Assembly: GCA_002269645.1 (NCBI GenBank)
Contig: NIVC01002492.1
Location: 1-64,000, forward strand
Direction of reading: 5' to 3'
From: Macrostomum lignano
Lineage: Eukaryota
DNA length: 64,000 nt
The notes under the pieces are model-generated. The model made no database searches. It was not told the origin of the DNA and saw nothing but the letters and a program-made list of their open reading frames with translations. Shown here in pieces: positions 51,350 through 63,079 of this stretch (the first letter of the stretch is position 1; the number at the start of each line of letters is the position of its first letter). The translations under genes were made by a program, and so were the position numbers.

Positions 51350-51611
51350 GAGCCTAGGGAAAATGAATCGTGATTTGGACATTGACCTGTCATATTCCAA
51401 TTATCGCGCCGGTTACTGCTTATTTGCGTGGAATCTAATGCCCGACATGGAACTGGGTGGACATAGCATGCCTCGCGAGAGAGGGAATCTGACCCTACAG
51501 ATAAAGTTTTCTGCAGCCCTACCTGCCGGGATTAACGTTTTGGTGTTTGGTTACTTTGACAACGCGGTGCAAATCACTAGAGGCCGCCAGCCCATTCTGG
51601 ACTACGTATGA
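51350..51611 (+). pseudogene. Polinton/Maverick (adintovirus) major capsid protein C-terminal fragment
   Basis: LGKMNRDLDIDLSYSNYRAGYCLFAWNLMPD..GNLTLQIKFSAALPAGINVLVFGYFDNAVQITRGRQPILDYV matches the conserved Polinton MCP C-terminus (GYTLFAFDLTPD..GNLRLEIKF..ALP..INVIVY..FDN..EI). Confidence 0.78.
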
Positions 51612-51756
51612 ACACGTTGGAAATTTTGGAATTCTGTCAAGAGGGCAAACGCGCACTTCCATAGGAAGTGTTAAACGTTCCAAAATTTCCAACTCTTGTT
51701 AAAGAATTGCTGCGAAACGAGTTTTTTCAGGACCCTAAGCCTGTTCACGTTGATTG

Positions 51757-52905
51757 GTTTGCGCAAAACTGGCAGTCAGCGGCGATTCGGGCGCGTTCAC
51801 GATGCCGGCGAAGAAGTCGCGCAATTCATTCCTGCGTTCCTCCGGGGTGTCGCCGGCCAGGTTCAGCGCCACGCGCTTTTTGCGCCCCGTCAGGGTCCGG
51901 ACGGCCGTCCACACTGCCCGGCTCTTCACATCGGGGACGGCTGCAGTGATGAACCGGATGGCGTTGTCGACAGCGGCCTGCTGCCGCTCATCTAAAAGGC
52001 GGTCAAACGCGTCTTCAGCGTCAACCGTGCAGGGCTGCCCGTTTCTGCGGAGTCGCTCGATGTTGCGCAGCGCCTGCCTGATGGTCGGGTCACTCGGCCA
52101 GACAGGCAGCGATTTCTGCACTGGCCGCATCAGCGGAACCGTCTGCTCCACCGCGGCTCTAACGGTGGTGCTGATGTCGGAATACTCCGCCTCGCGCTGG
52201 TCTCCAAGCGCGCCGACGAAGGCGCCCGCGAGTTGACGCTTCACGCGGGTGTCCGACAGAGCGCGATATTAGCGCCGTGGCCGCTGATGAGTCCGTCGGT
52301 AGAGCTGGTCACGGAGCCGCAAGTCGCAGATCAGGAGTCGGTGGTCTGACCGGAGAGCCAGCGAAGCCGTGGTGTCGCTGTTGGTGACGCGGCGGCGCTC
52401 GCGAGTGCGAACCAGCGCATGATCGAGTTGCGCCAGCCTCCTCGTGGTGTTCCTTTGTAGCCTGCAGCCTTTCCTCTTGCAGCCTGCAAAGGCAAACAGG
52501 CGGGCAGGGGACTTGCGGAACTGGGTGTTCGCGGACACCAGGTCCAGCGGGTCAAGCAGATCCTCTCCAGCGCATCGGTGTTGGCGTTCTCGCGTCCTGC
52601 GACAAAGGGCGAGCGCTCGGACCTCCGCAAAACTGTGTTTAGGTCTCCGCGAGCACCGCCAGCGTGTCGCGGTTTGGTACCTCTTCCCAGCTGCCCAGCC
52701 AGTAATTGAAGTTGAAGAAGGCACGAGCCTTTTCCGGGTGAGCAGCGGTGGGTGCCTTACACACAGAACAGCCAGATGCAGCGGGCGCGCAGGCGCAGTT
52801 CGACCCGCATCAGTCGCGGGGACAGCGAAGCGCAGTGCACACTCTGCCGAAGGCGCGGTCCGATCAGCACGCCCGGCCGCGGTCGTCAGCCGATGTGTAC
52901 AGTAA
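51757..52905 (-). pseudogene. RTE-clade LINE internal fragment (APE endonuclease plus linker)
   Basis: GVLIGPRL..SPRLMRVEL..LFCV(Y)APT, QLDHALVR and SDHRLLICDL motifs; frameshifted. Confidence 0.8.
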
Positions 52906-53325
52906 AGCTATGGGGGACATGCCCATTCTTTGTCCCCCCCCACCCAGCCCTTGTGACCCGAGTTATGGAAATCAATAACTTTGCTTCAGGGCGAAAAAAT
53001 ATAGCGCCTGCGGCACCAAAATGAGCCAGCGGCGCTAAAGTGAGCGCCTGCGCGGCATCAAACGAGTGCCTAGCTACGGCGCCAAATGAGCACTGACACG
53101 GGTTCTCAAAAATGTACATGTACATGTCGAATTCTTGGCTTTGTCCCCCCATAAAATCCATGGATACCCTTGGGGTATCCAAGTATCGACGAGGATCGGC
53201 AAAGTCGGGTATCCCAGTCTTGAGAATCCCAGGATTTTTGAAGTCTGCATGGGATATCCCGATCCCATAAAACTCAGGATTTTGTGTAGTATTCCCTAGT
53301 TCCAATCGATGGAATTGAGGGTCCT

Positions 53326-55060
53326 TGTCATGACGCTATACGAGTATGTTTTCAGTAATTTCTACGCTTGTATTTATAGTGCAGACGTAGTACCTAAAAT
53401 GTTTACTAGTGTAGCCTCTATTCTGGAAACTGCGCTCTCTCCCATAATACTAAAAAAGTAAAATTCTAGAAACTTCTCTCGCGCATCCTGAGGCTATAAA
53501 TAGAAACACCCTTACTGTACTATTGATGACCAAGACTCTCTCTTCTCTGTCTTACTAGCGTGAATTGCTACTGCGCTTATAATACAAATACACACTTCTC
53601 CTCGCTGCCGAGCACTCTGTCGGCCTACAACAACAACAACAAAATACGCTGTCAGGATGGCAAAAGTCAGCGTCACAGGGCGCGCTTCATGGCTTGGGCG
53701 CGAACAAAGGCCGCGCCACCGGCAGTGTCCGGGGCGCCGGCGTCAGCCAGCAGACAGTCGACATAACGCCGAGTTCGCGCTTGACCTCGCCGGTAGGGTG
53801 CCTGCAGCGTGAGCAGCAGCACCTCCTGCACCGGCTGTGGGCAGTACGACTCGGCGCGGATGAGATGGCCTGCGAGCTGGAGTCGCCGTCGGCGCAGTAG
53901 ATCATGCACTTGGACGTGGCAGGCCAGCGCGGCGATAGAGTGCCGCGTTGGTGACTCGCTCGACGCCGATGTTGAAGGCGGCGCGCAGCAGGCCAGCGTG
54001 CGCCGCATCGACTTGCTGTTCGAGTGAGTCCGTCAGCGTCCAGGTCTTGGCGTTGTACAGCACGACGGTCTCGATTACCGCCTGGAACAGCGCCGCCCTC
54101 TGGCGGTCCAGTAGGGCCTCGGACTGCAGGACTGCCCTCACAGAACGAAAGACAGCCCAGGCAAGCCCGCGGCGGCGTCGCAGGTCCTCGCGAGCGTCTG
54201 GAACCAGACCGCCGAGGTAGACGAACTGCTGATATCGCGGGAGTTCGGTCGCCTGCCCGTCAGCGCCTCGGCAGAAGATTGCAGCCTCGATGTCGTCCGG
54301 CACGCAGAGCACAACGGTCTTCTGTGTGTTGACCACCAGGCCGACACTCGCCGCAACAGCAACTAGCCTGTCCAGCTGCCGTTTGGCGCCCTCGACGGTC
54401 GAGGACAGCAGGGCGAGGTCATCGGCGTAGCCAAGCACGCTGAGCCGCTTCTCCGGTTGACGTCGACCCACGCGTCGCCGCAGCAGAAAACCGTCGTCGT
54501 AAGGTAGGAAGAGCAGTCCGCAGCACCCAGTCAAGCACCAGGACGAACAGGAACGGCGCCAGCGTATCTCCCTGAAGTACTCCGGAGGATGTCTCAAAGG
54601 AGTCCGATAGGCCTCCGGTGTTGTCACAGCAGCTGCGCACATCGTCGCTGTTCCAAAGAAGCCGGGCACCACTAGGCTTGAAGACCATCGAGGCATCTGC
54701 CTTCAGTCCTGTGCAGCGAAGCTGTTCAACCGGATGCTGCTTTCGTGGTTGCAGCCCGTGCTGGATCCGTACCTGCGCCCAGAGCAGAACGGGTTCCGGC
54801 CATCGCGGCACAGTGGCGCAGATCCTGGCTCTTCGCCGAGTCATCGAGGAGGCGCGGATTCGCCAGTCGATCCTGATTCTAATCTTTATTGATTTCAAGA
54901 AGGCATTCGACTCGGTTGTCAGAGCCGTGCTTCCAATGGTGCTCCGCGCGTACAACGTGCCTAAGCAGCTGATCTCCGCCATCATGGCAATGTACCGTGT
55001 CGGCCTAGTTAACTAACAGTAATCGAAGTCTCTGTTCGTTATATTACCAGAGATACAACA
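53326..55060. mobile_element. Solo LTR (about 355 bp net) interrupted by the RTE insertion
   Basis: TG...CA termini; 5-bp TSD GTCCT (53321-25, 55061-65); internal CTATAAATAG TATA-like box. Confidence 0.8.
53628..54997 (-). mobile_element. 5'-truncated RTE LINE with an inverted 5' segment
   Basis: (CAA)n tail at 53628-43; 10-bp TSD TGTCGGCCTA (53618-27, 54998-55007). RT C-part on the minus strand (GVLQGDTLAP, GYADD); RT N-part on the plus strand at 54635-54997 (AHIVAVPKK..FIDFKKAFDSV..AIMAMYR). Confidence 0.9.
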
Positions 55061-56226
55061 GTCCTGTCGACTGGATCCTCTGATGGACAAAAATTAGCTC
55101 CATTGGCGGCGGGTCCATCCGGTGGAACAAAAGTCGTCATCAGGTGGACGGCATGCAAAAGGGGGGCTACGTACGTGGATCACGCACATGCAAAGTTTGA
55201 ACATAAAAAATAAACATTGGTGAGTGGGCCACGAGTGGAGACAACTTTTCTTGAAACTTTTTATGGAGGGTTGCATATTTCAATGGAAGTTTTGACGGAG
55301 CCAGGTTTAGGATTTACTGAAAAATACATTTGGAATATGGCGGTTTTCATTTTTAGCACAAAAAATCTGTAATTGCATTTGATTGGGGGCAGACCCAATG
55401 CTCATCTTATGATGACTTGCCTTTTTAATAGCAAGTCTGGTTTTATTTCTAATAGGGACTTATTTTTATTTCTATAGGCCTAGTTATATTGATACTATAA
55501 GCCTAGTATTGTATTCCTTATTGCAATGAATAAATTTAGATTTGTCAATTTCTAGGCCTATATCAATTCGAAACTAAAGTCTAGGCCTACCAAGCTGCAT
55601 TAGATGGTCAATTAAGAACTAAGCACAAATGTCACATGCATATTTAAGTTAGTTGACTAGGCTATTATGGGACTACCCAGACTATATACTCATTGACTTG
55701 ACACTAAGTCAAATTGCTATATTATAGCCTATAATATATTTAATGACCAAAAAAATTATATTGATAAATTAGACAAGAGTCATGTGCCTATGGCTAATTT
55801 CAAAAAAGAGCCATTTCAAGCCATACATGCCCAACCTCAAAATTTTACCCATCTAATGCAACTTAGTTTTGTCCAGATTTGCGACTTACCTATGTACCAC
55901 CACACTGAAGGACCAGGGGGGGGGAGGTAGCACGCTTTGTGTGTGCTTGTGCTTATTGAAAAATGGAAGTACCTCATTTCTTTTCCCTTTCTCCTGCCTT
56001 CACTCTCTTTCCCAATTGATTTATCTTTCACTTATTCACTTATGCAGCATTGTAGACTACAGTATTAAACTGCACTGAAGCCTGTACCCTGTAGACTATA
56101 TTCTACATACTATTCTGTATATGTCTAGCAAACAAACTTGTATATGTACATTCATGCATCTATATATATGTACATTCTTTAAGTCATTATATACTTCACT
56201 CAAAGATAGACCTGCACCTGACTATA

Positions 56227-57541
56227 TGAGGGCTAAGCAATAAGTTTCTAGATGTGCCCAGACAGAAATAGTTAGAGAGAAAAAAACAGTTACATCTTTT
56301 CAAAGTACTTTCCAGCAGATTCAATGCAAATTTCATGTGCTCAAACCACTTGGTGAAGTAGCTAGACCAATTTGAAGCAGGCACTTCCTCCACCACATGC
56401 CGAATGAAGGCCTCCATTGTAGCTTCTGGTGATCCATAATAGATTCCACACATCCTGCGCTTGATTTGTAGAAACAAAAAAGTCACAGATGACTGAGCTC
56501 TTGAATGCACTCTCCGGCCAGGAACTCCACCACCTGTCGAGCCTTGTGGGCCGGGGGCGTTGTCGTGATGGTGAAAGATGCCCAAGCTCGAGTCCTTGGG
56601 CGATGCCTAGAGAGAGCACTCAGCACTTCTGGTAGGCAAACATTGGCATACCAGTCACTAGTGACTGTGCGCTGCAGCCGCTGCTGCACGAGTGGAACTA
56701 TGGCCAGATAACCAGTTTTTGCCACAAAAACGGCCACCATCTGCTTCGCCACGCTGCACTCTCGCCAAAGCTTGGATGGTAGGGTGCCGCCAACTAGAGT
56801 CCACTGGGCCGACTGCTGCTTAGTCTCCGCGTCGAAACTATAGATCCAGGACTCGTTACCACTGACAATATCCCAGACCGAGTTTGAGCTGCCTTCATTG
56901 AATCTGTCAAGCGTGGTGCGGCACCAGGTCACCCAAGCCTCCTTCTGCTCCGGAGTCAGCTTATGAGGCACCCAGCCTGCAGAAATCTTGCTTAGGTTGA
57001 GCTGTGAATGCAGGATCGTCCTGATGGATCCTGATGAGATACCCACCTCGGCCTCTATCTGGGCCACAGTCACTCGGGCATCATCCTCAACCATGGCCCT
57101 GACAGCAGCAACATTATACTCAGTCATTGTGGAGACAAACCAGCCACTGCACTCCTCATCATCCAGACTCTGCCTGCCGCATCGAAATTCGGCAAACCAG
57201 TCAAAAATGGTGTGGATCTAGAAGGTTCTTCATCCCCGAAAGCTCTTTGCAATCTCTCAAGACTTTCTTGCTACCGCAAACCACTTTCAAAATCGTAATA
57301 AATCTTTGCTCTAAATGACTCCTATTGAGCTCCATTGTGAATTTGATAGATAGGTTGGCTATGCTAGCTATGCTGCTGCACTGGCAAGAGAGTTATAACC
57401 TAGTTATAACCATCGTTATGACCAGTGTGTTTGAAACTTTACAAACATTGTACTTATATAATGTACTTGACACCTATGGTGTCAGATTTTGTCAGCCACC
57501 TCTCAACTATGCACACTCAAAAACTTATTGCTCAGCCCTTG
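56227..57541 (-). mobile_element. Full-length (1315 bp) mariner, degenerate DD34D-type transposase
   Basis: TA-flanked TIRs (T/C)(G/A)AGGGCT(A/G)AGCAATAAGTTT. The transposase runs from ATG 57335 (MELNRSH..) through WVPHKL, SGNESW and HHDNAP, with stops and frameshifts. Confidence 0.92.
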
Positions 57542-57983
57542 TATACTGAATCCTGCATGTGAATGGGATGAAAAAGGCCATGAAGACTATTCTATCAACC
57601 GGTGTCCCCTTTCTGCAGCTGAAGAGCGAAAGCCATTGCTCCTTACACGATGGAAACTTGGTCGTGTAACTCCTGGAAAAGTTAATGATTATTCTGGTGC
57701 ACATTATTGGATATTAGAATAAAATTTACCAGCAATCTTAAGTGCAGCCCGGGGATCAGGTGATGGTGCAGCTGAAGCACATTCAAGGGAACTAGAAGCA
57801 CCACCATCCCAATGTTTAGCAAGCTCACACAGAGAGGGACTGTTAATGGCAGTGCATTAATGGCAATCATTTGCTATCTGCTTTATGGTAATTGCTCATT
57901 GGTAAAATAAACATACTTTTTAACAATCTTATTACTATGTTGTCCAATTATTTTGAAAGCACCATATCTTGTCCTCTACACAG

Positions 57984-58765
57984 ATGAAGAGTGTTGGCCC
58001 GCGCCTGGTACCGTTTTTGAAAACGGCAGCTGCATTCTTCATCCTATTCCCCGAGAAAGTACCTGGAGGCCTTGTCTACCTGGCATTTAAGCTCGCTCCC
58101 GTCTGCTGCCTGATCGGATTTGTGCTCAGCCAGGGCGTTGCTAGGGGGAACATCTTTGCCTACAACCGTCGCATCACCCTTGGCCTGTTGCTATCCGCCC
58201 TAGGAGATGCTGCGCTGGTCTTCGAGGAAGGCTTCCTGGCTGGTGTAGCCAGCTTCGCTGCGGCCCAGCTACACTGGCATTCGGCATGCAGCCCCCGAGC
58301 CGTCGCCTCGGCTGCTTCATGGCTGCTGCCGGCTCCCTGATCTATGCCTGCATAATCCCATCCGTAAGAGCTGGTCTGCCCAGTATTTTTGTCCCAGCGA
58401 ACTGTTGTCTTAGCTGCGGTGTGCAATAATGTTGGTCCATGCCAAAATTTTACCTGTTGCAGGTACACGGACTGTCTTTGCGTTGCATCGGGTTGCTGTA
58501 CACCTGTCTCATCTTTACCATGCTGTGGCGCGCCTCGGCCCGTTTGAACAGCGGCGCCTGGACCTCCGTCAGCGCCCTGCTTGGTGCCGTACTCTTCGTT
58601 GCCAGTGACCTCTCTCTTGTCATTGACAAGTTCCTGGTGCCGCTGCCTGCAGCTCACGCCTTTGTCATGGCAACCTACTACCTAGCCCAGCTGGGCATAG
58701 CGTTATCTTGCGTGGACTCGCACATCAAACACACCGTGGAGCTCAGCTTGGCTCACCAGCAGTAA
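57984..58765 (+). CDS. TMEM86A: TMEM86/YhhN lysoplasmalogenase-like protein with an apparent frameshift at about 58270
   Basis: Exons 57984-58363 and 58463-58765: MKSVGPRLVPFLK, LSALGDAAL, [frameshift] AFGMQP, LFVASDLSL..KF, MATYYLAQLGIALS. The frames differ across 58269-58276. Confidence 0.8.
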
Positions 58766-60328
58766 ACGGATGTACTGAATGGCGTATTCTGTTTATTATA
58801 TCTATCTAATCTAGCAATAGCTTTTCTTTGCAATAAGCGGGGGTAGTGAAATGTCCGTTTTGCTTTGCAGCTGGCTACAGCCTTTCTAGTCTATTAGCGT
58901 TTGCAGCGGCTTAACCAGGTGTTGGACCACCTCCCACTCCCCCTTCGGCGGAAACGAAAAATTTGCAAGCGAGTTTTGCCAAAATACAAGCTCGCTTCCC
59001 TCTGCCTTGGAATCCACCCCCTACCTCACCAAATTTCAGGTTGCTCCACTGACTGAACGTCTTATTATCTGCTTTCTTTTGCTGATTCGAACTTCAACTT
59101 GCCCCCATTTAGAGACAATGTGAGGCAGTAAATTTAGCCGCTTTTGGCTGCTGCACCATAGTATTCCTCACTAGTCAGTGAACAGCAGAGATCTGTTGTC
59201 ATGTGTATAAATGTTAAATAGCTATCAAAAAGCACAATATCTTTGCTCTCAGTCTAACAAGTGGGTTGAAGCATTTGCTCACAAAGCTCTACATTCGTGA
59301 CTTGTGCACGCGGCCCATGATTGCAGGGCGTGTAAATTGCATCTTAATAAGTATTCACTTCTGTGACCTGCTTATGACGCGTTATGTTTTGAAATTTTTA
59401 GTCACGTCTTCTCTGTTGTCATAGTATTGAGCATTCATTCCTGTCAGTTTACATTGCATATATTTCATTTCCGATTAGTTAGCGTTCGCTCATCCATTCA
59501 TTCGCTTCCTTCTCTAAAATCTTATACCAACAGTTTTACTGAGCAGTCGCTAACCTGGTTTTTATTATTTAACCACCCTAAAATTGGGTTCAGTTTACAT
59601 GGCCCAGTTGCTAAGTAGTTCTATCATCATTCATCAATTCTCGTGGAAGTTTCCACGAATCAATTAATTGCTTACTAATATTTTATCTTTACGGGCTCGT
59701 AGTTCCGCTTTTCCCCTGACCATCCACAGTCATTATTGTTTTTGAATTTTTTTGCTCTTTTTCTTTAAAAGTAGCATTATAGTATTATTTTAATGCTATT
59801 ACTCGTACGAGCTATTATGTTATAATTTGTATTATAACTTGCGTTTACGCTCGTACTCGCTCACTAAATTCACTATTTTCGAAAATCAGTTTTTTTAGCA
59901 GCATTCACACAGTTCTTATGGACTTTGGTTTCAACGCTGAGGTGGTGTACGTGTAGTTTTAGCTTTATGTGCAATGCAAACCTTTGTATTGTCTTGCCTC
60001 ATTTCATTACATATTGAAGCTGGCGGCGGTGAAAGGACGACATTTTGCCCCATTGCCGTCGTACGCTGCCGCAGCTTTTCTGTTTGAATTATTGGCGGGA
60101 CTCCTGAGAAATTTTCCACTAAAAGTGCTGTTATTCGGATTTCGACTTTATTTCAACTTTAAAGATCTTTGTAAAGTTCATGCTGAGTTTTCTTTTTCTC
60201 AAACAAACAAATAAAATGTCTTGGCAATGCTATGTTCCCTGCGAATCGCAAAATTCTCATTGCGATCGCACTAATCAAAATTGATTCAGAATAAGATTAA
60301 CCCACATTTGATTTTTTACATTTCAAGT

Positions 60329-60498
60329 TTGTTTTGCGAAACCAGCAGGCTGTCGATTGAGATTGTTTTGCGAAACCAGCAGGCTGTCGATTGAGATTGT
60401 TTTGCGAAACCAGCAGGCTGTCGATTGAGATTGTTTTGCGAAACCAGCAGGCTGTCGATTGAGATTGTTTTGCGAAACCAGCAGGCTGTCGATTGAGA
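60329..60498. repeat. 34-bp tandem repeat, 5 perfect copies
   Basis: Unit TTGTTTTGCGAAACCAGCAGGCTGTCGATTGAGA. Confidence 0.95.
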
Positions 60499-61894
60499 TG
60501 CTACATGTGGATCAAAATATCGAATTCAAACATCTTTTGTCAACTTATAACTTCACACTAATGCTTTACCCCATCGCCTGCAACGACTTATGGGGCCAGT
60601 GCTAGACAGGTGATGGTAAGTATCTCAGGAAAATATGTAGGTAAAAATTATGCTTTTTACGTGAAACCAAACAACAGCAGTGAGGCTCGGGTGTGTACCC
60701 GTTAGGTAGAATTGAGACCTGATGGGCTACCAGGCCGGTGCGCGTGTATAGTACTAACTAACATTTTTGTTTGTCCATCGCCGGAAGCATGGCGCCATCA
60801 CCTATAGAATATGGACACTATCGCCGTTAGAGTGGGCACCATCACTAGCAGAATAGGCCATTGCCAAACAAACTGTAGCATCGCCGTTTGAAAAGTAAAA
60901 AAATGGTCTTTCATTTTTCAGTCACAATCGACTAAAATCTTCGCTAACTCTCAGGATTTAAATTTATTAATATAGGATCAAACTATTTTTAAGAATAAAA
61001 TCGAAAACTAGAATCAGCTAAGGAAGAAAATGCATTGTTTTATCACCCGACGGCAGTAGGCTAGGCTGGGAAAAAGATCAAAAAATCTCTAGGCTAGCCT
61101 GGGAAAAGATCTTCTGTTGATCTTTCTTGTATACGTTGCCTGGAAAAAGATCATCTTTGCCTAAATGAATTAAATATATAAGAGCCAATGCAGAAAGAAG
61201 CGAAACGCATATTTGCTTGATATTCGCTTAAAATGACAGAAGTTTAAATCGAATTTTTTCTCCTAATTTGAATTGTATATTTCTACGAAACTCTGTTTCG
61301 AAAATGTTTGCCAACCCACGCTGGCATGCTATATAGCAAATTCTATTATATTGCAAATAGAAGTTGGATTGTACTTTGTGTAGAAGTGAACTATATACTA
61401 AGCATACAAAATGTTTCCAAAAAACTTCTTTTAATTGTTTTGCATAGCAAGCTTAGTAAAAACTAAAAAAAACAATTAGAAAGCACAACATTAACAAGCT
61501 AGCTACTGACTCTATAAATTGAAGCTATCGTCAATATCAGATATCAATGGCTATATAGTATTTAATTAGTAGCATGCTAGCAATAGACCATATGTCTAGC
61601 ACTGTGCCACTGTAAAACATTCTAAATCCAGTGCTTTAATGTAAAGAGAGCTATATATAGAGTATACAATTATAAAGCTATACTATTAATAAATTCTAAA
61701 GCCCTGTAGTAGTATAAAGCTATACTACCATACATAATAGCTGGATACAGTATTGGAATAGCATAGCTGGATAGGCTGTTAATTTATTTGGGCTTTTATA
61801 GCTACAGTTTCTATTATTAAAAAAATGTTTGGATGTATAGAAACTACAAGCTATTATATATAGTTGCAGCCCTATATCTCTAAAAACTATATCA

Positions 61895-62960
61895 TAAGCC
61901 TAGCCCCATCCCTAGTCCTGACCCTAGCCCTAGATCTACTTAGCCCCAGCCTTAACTTTAGCAGCCATAGCCATAGCATTAGACAAAACTCTAACAATAG
62001 TCCTGGCCCTGGCACTAGCTTGGCTATAGCCCTAGCCTAGCCCTACCCTAGCAATAGCCCCAGCTTAGCCCTAGCTTGAGCTCAAGCCCTAGCCTAGCCC
62101 CAGCTCAAGCTCTAGCCACACCACAGCCCCAACAGCCAGTTATTGTGGTAGCTCAAGCACCAGCCCAGCCCAGCCCTAGCCCTAGCCTACTCTATCCTAG
62201 CCCCAGCCCTATCCCACTCTATCCCAACCCCTACTCTAGCCCTAACCCTAGCCCCAGCCCTTAGCTCCTCCCCTAGCCCTGGTCTTAGCCCTAGTGCTTG
62301 CTATCCCTGCCCCAGCTCTGGCCCTATCACTATCCTAGCTACAGCCCCTAGGCCTAGCCCCAACCCTATGCCCTAGCCCTAGCCCCAGCCCTAGCCCCTG
62401 CCCTAGCCCTAGCCCTAGCCCCAGCGCCAGCCCTACCCACCCCTAGCCCGGCCCTTGCCCCTGCCCTAGCCCTATCCCCTGCCCTTGCCCCTGCCCTAGC
62501 CCTAGCCCTAGCCCCTGCCCCTGCCCTAGCCCTAGCCCTAGCCCCAGCCCTAGCCCTACCCCACCCCAGCGCCAGCCCTACCCCATCTCAGCGCCAGCCC
62601 TACCCCATCCCAGCCCCTGCTCTAGCCCCAGCCCTACCCCACCCTAGCCCCAGCCCTACCCCACCCTAGCCCCAGCCCTACACCATCTCAGCCCCAGCCC
62701 TACCCCACTCCAGCCCTAGCCCTACCCCACCCCAGCCCCAGCCCTAACCCATCTCAGCGCCAGCCCTACCCCGCCCCAGCCCCAGCCCTACCCCACCCCA
62801 GCGCCAGCCGCCAGCCCTACCCCATCTCAGCGCCAGCCCTACCCCATCCCAGCCCCTGCTCTAGCCCCTGCCCTAGCCCCAACCCTAGCTCCTGCCCTAG
62901 CCTTGGCACTAGACCCCCCAGCACTGGCCCTTTCACTATCCTAGCCCCAACCCCAGCAGA
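61895..62960. repeat. Degenerate C-rich hexamer satellite (CCCTAG/CCCCAG/CCCTAC)
   Basis: Directly visible; units are one base from telomeric CCCTAA. Confidence 0.88.
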
Positions 62961-63079
62961 ATTCTACTTCTTTGACTCCTGCACACCTGCACCCCTACAC
63001 TCCCTGCACCCCGTGCACTCCACATGTACTGTTTGTATTTTTATTAATGCTTTTTAATTGTTGCTTTAATCATTAATTC

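Noticed and set aside
58895-59050. Possible small hAT-type MITE after TMEM86
   Set aside because: Termini match only partly and there is no 8-bp TSD.
61895-62960. True telomere
   Set aside because: Few exact CCCTAA units, the C-rich strand is in the wrong orientation for a right-hand end, and other sequence follows.
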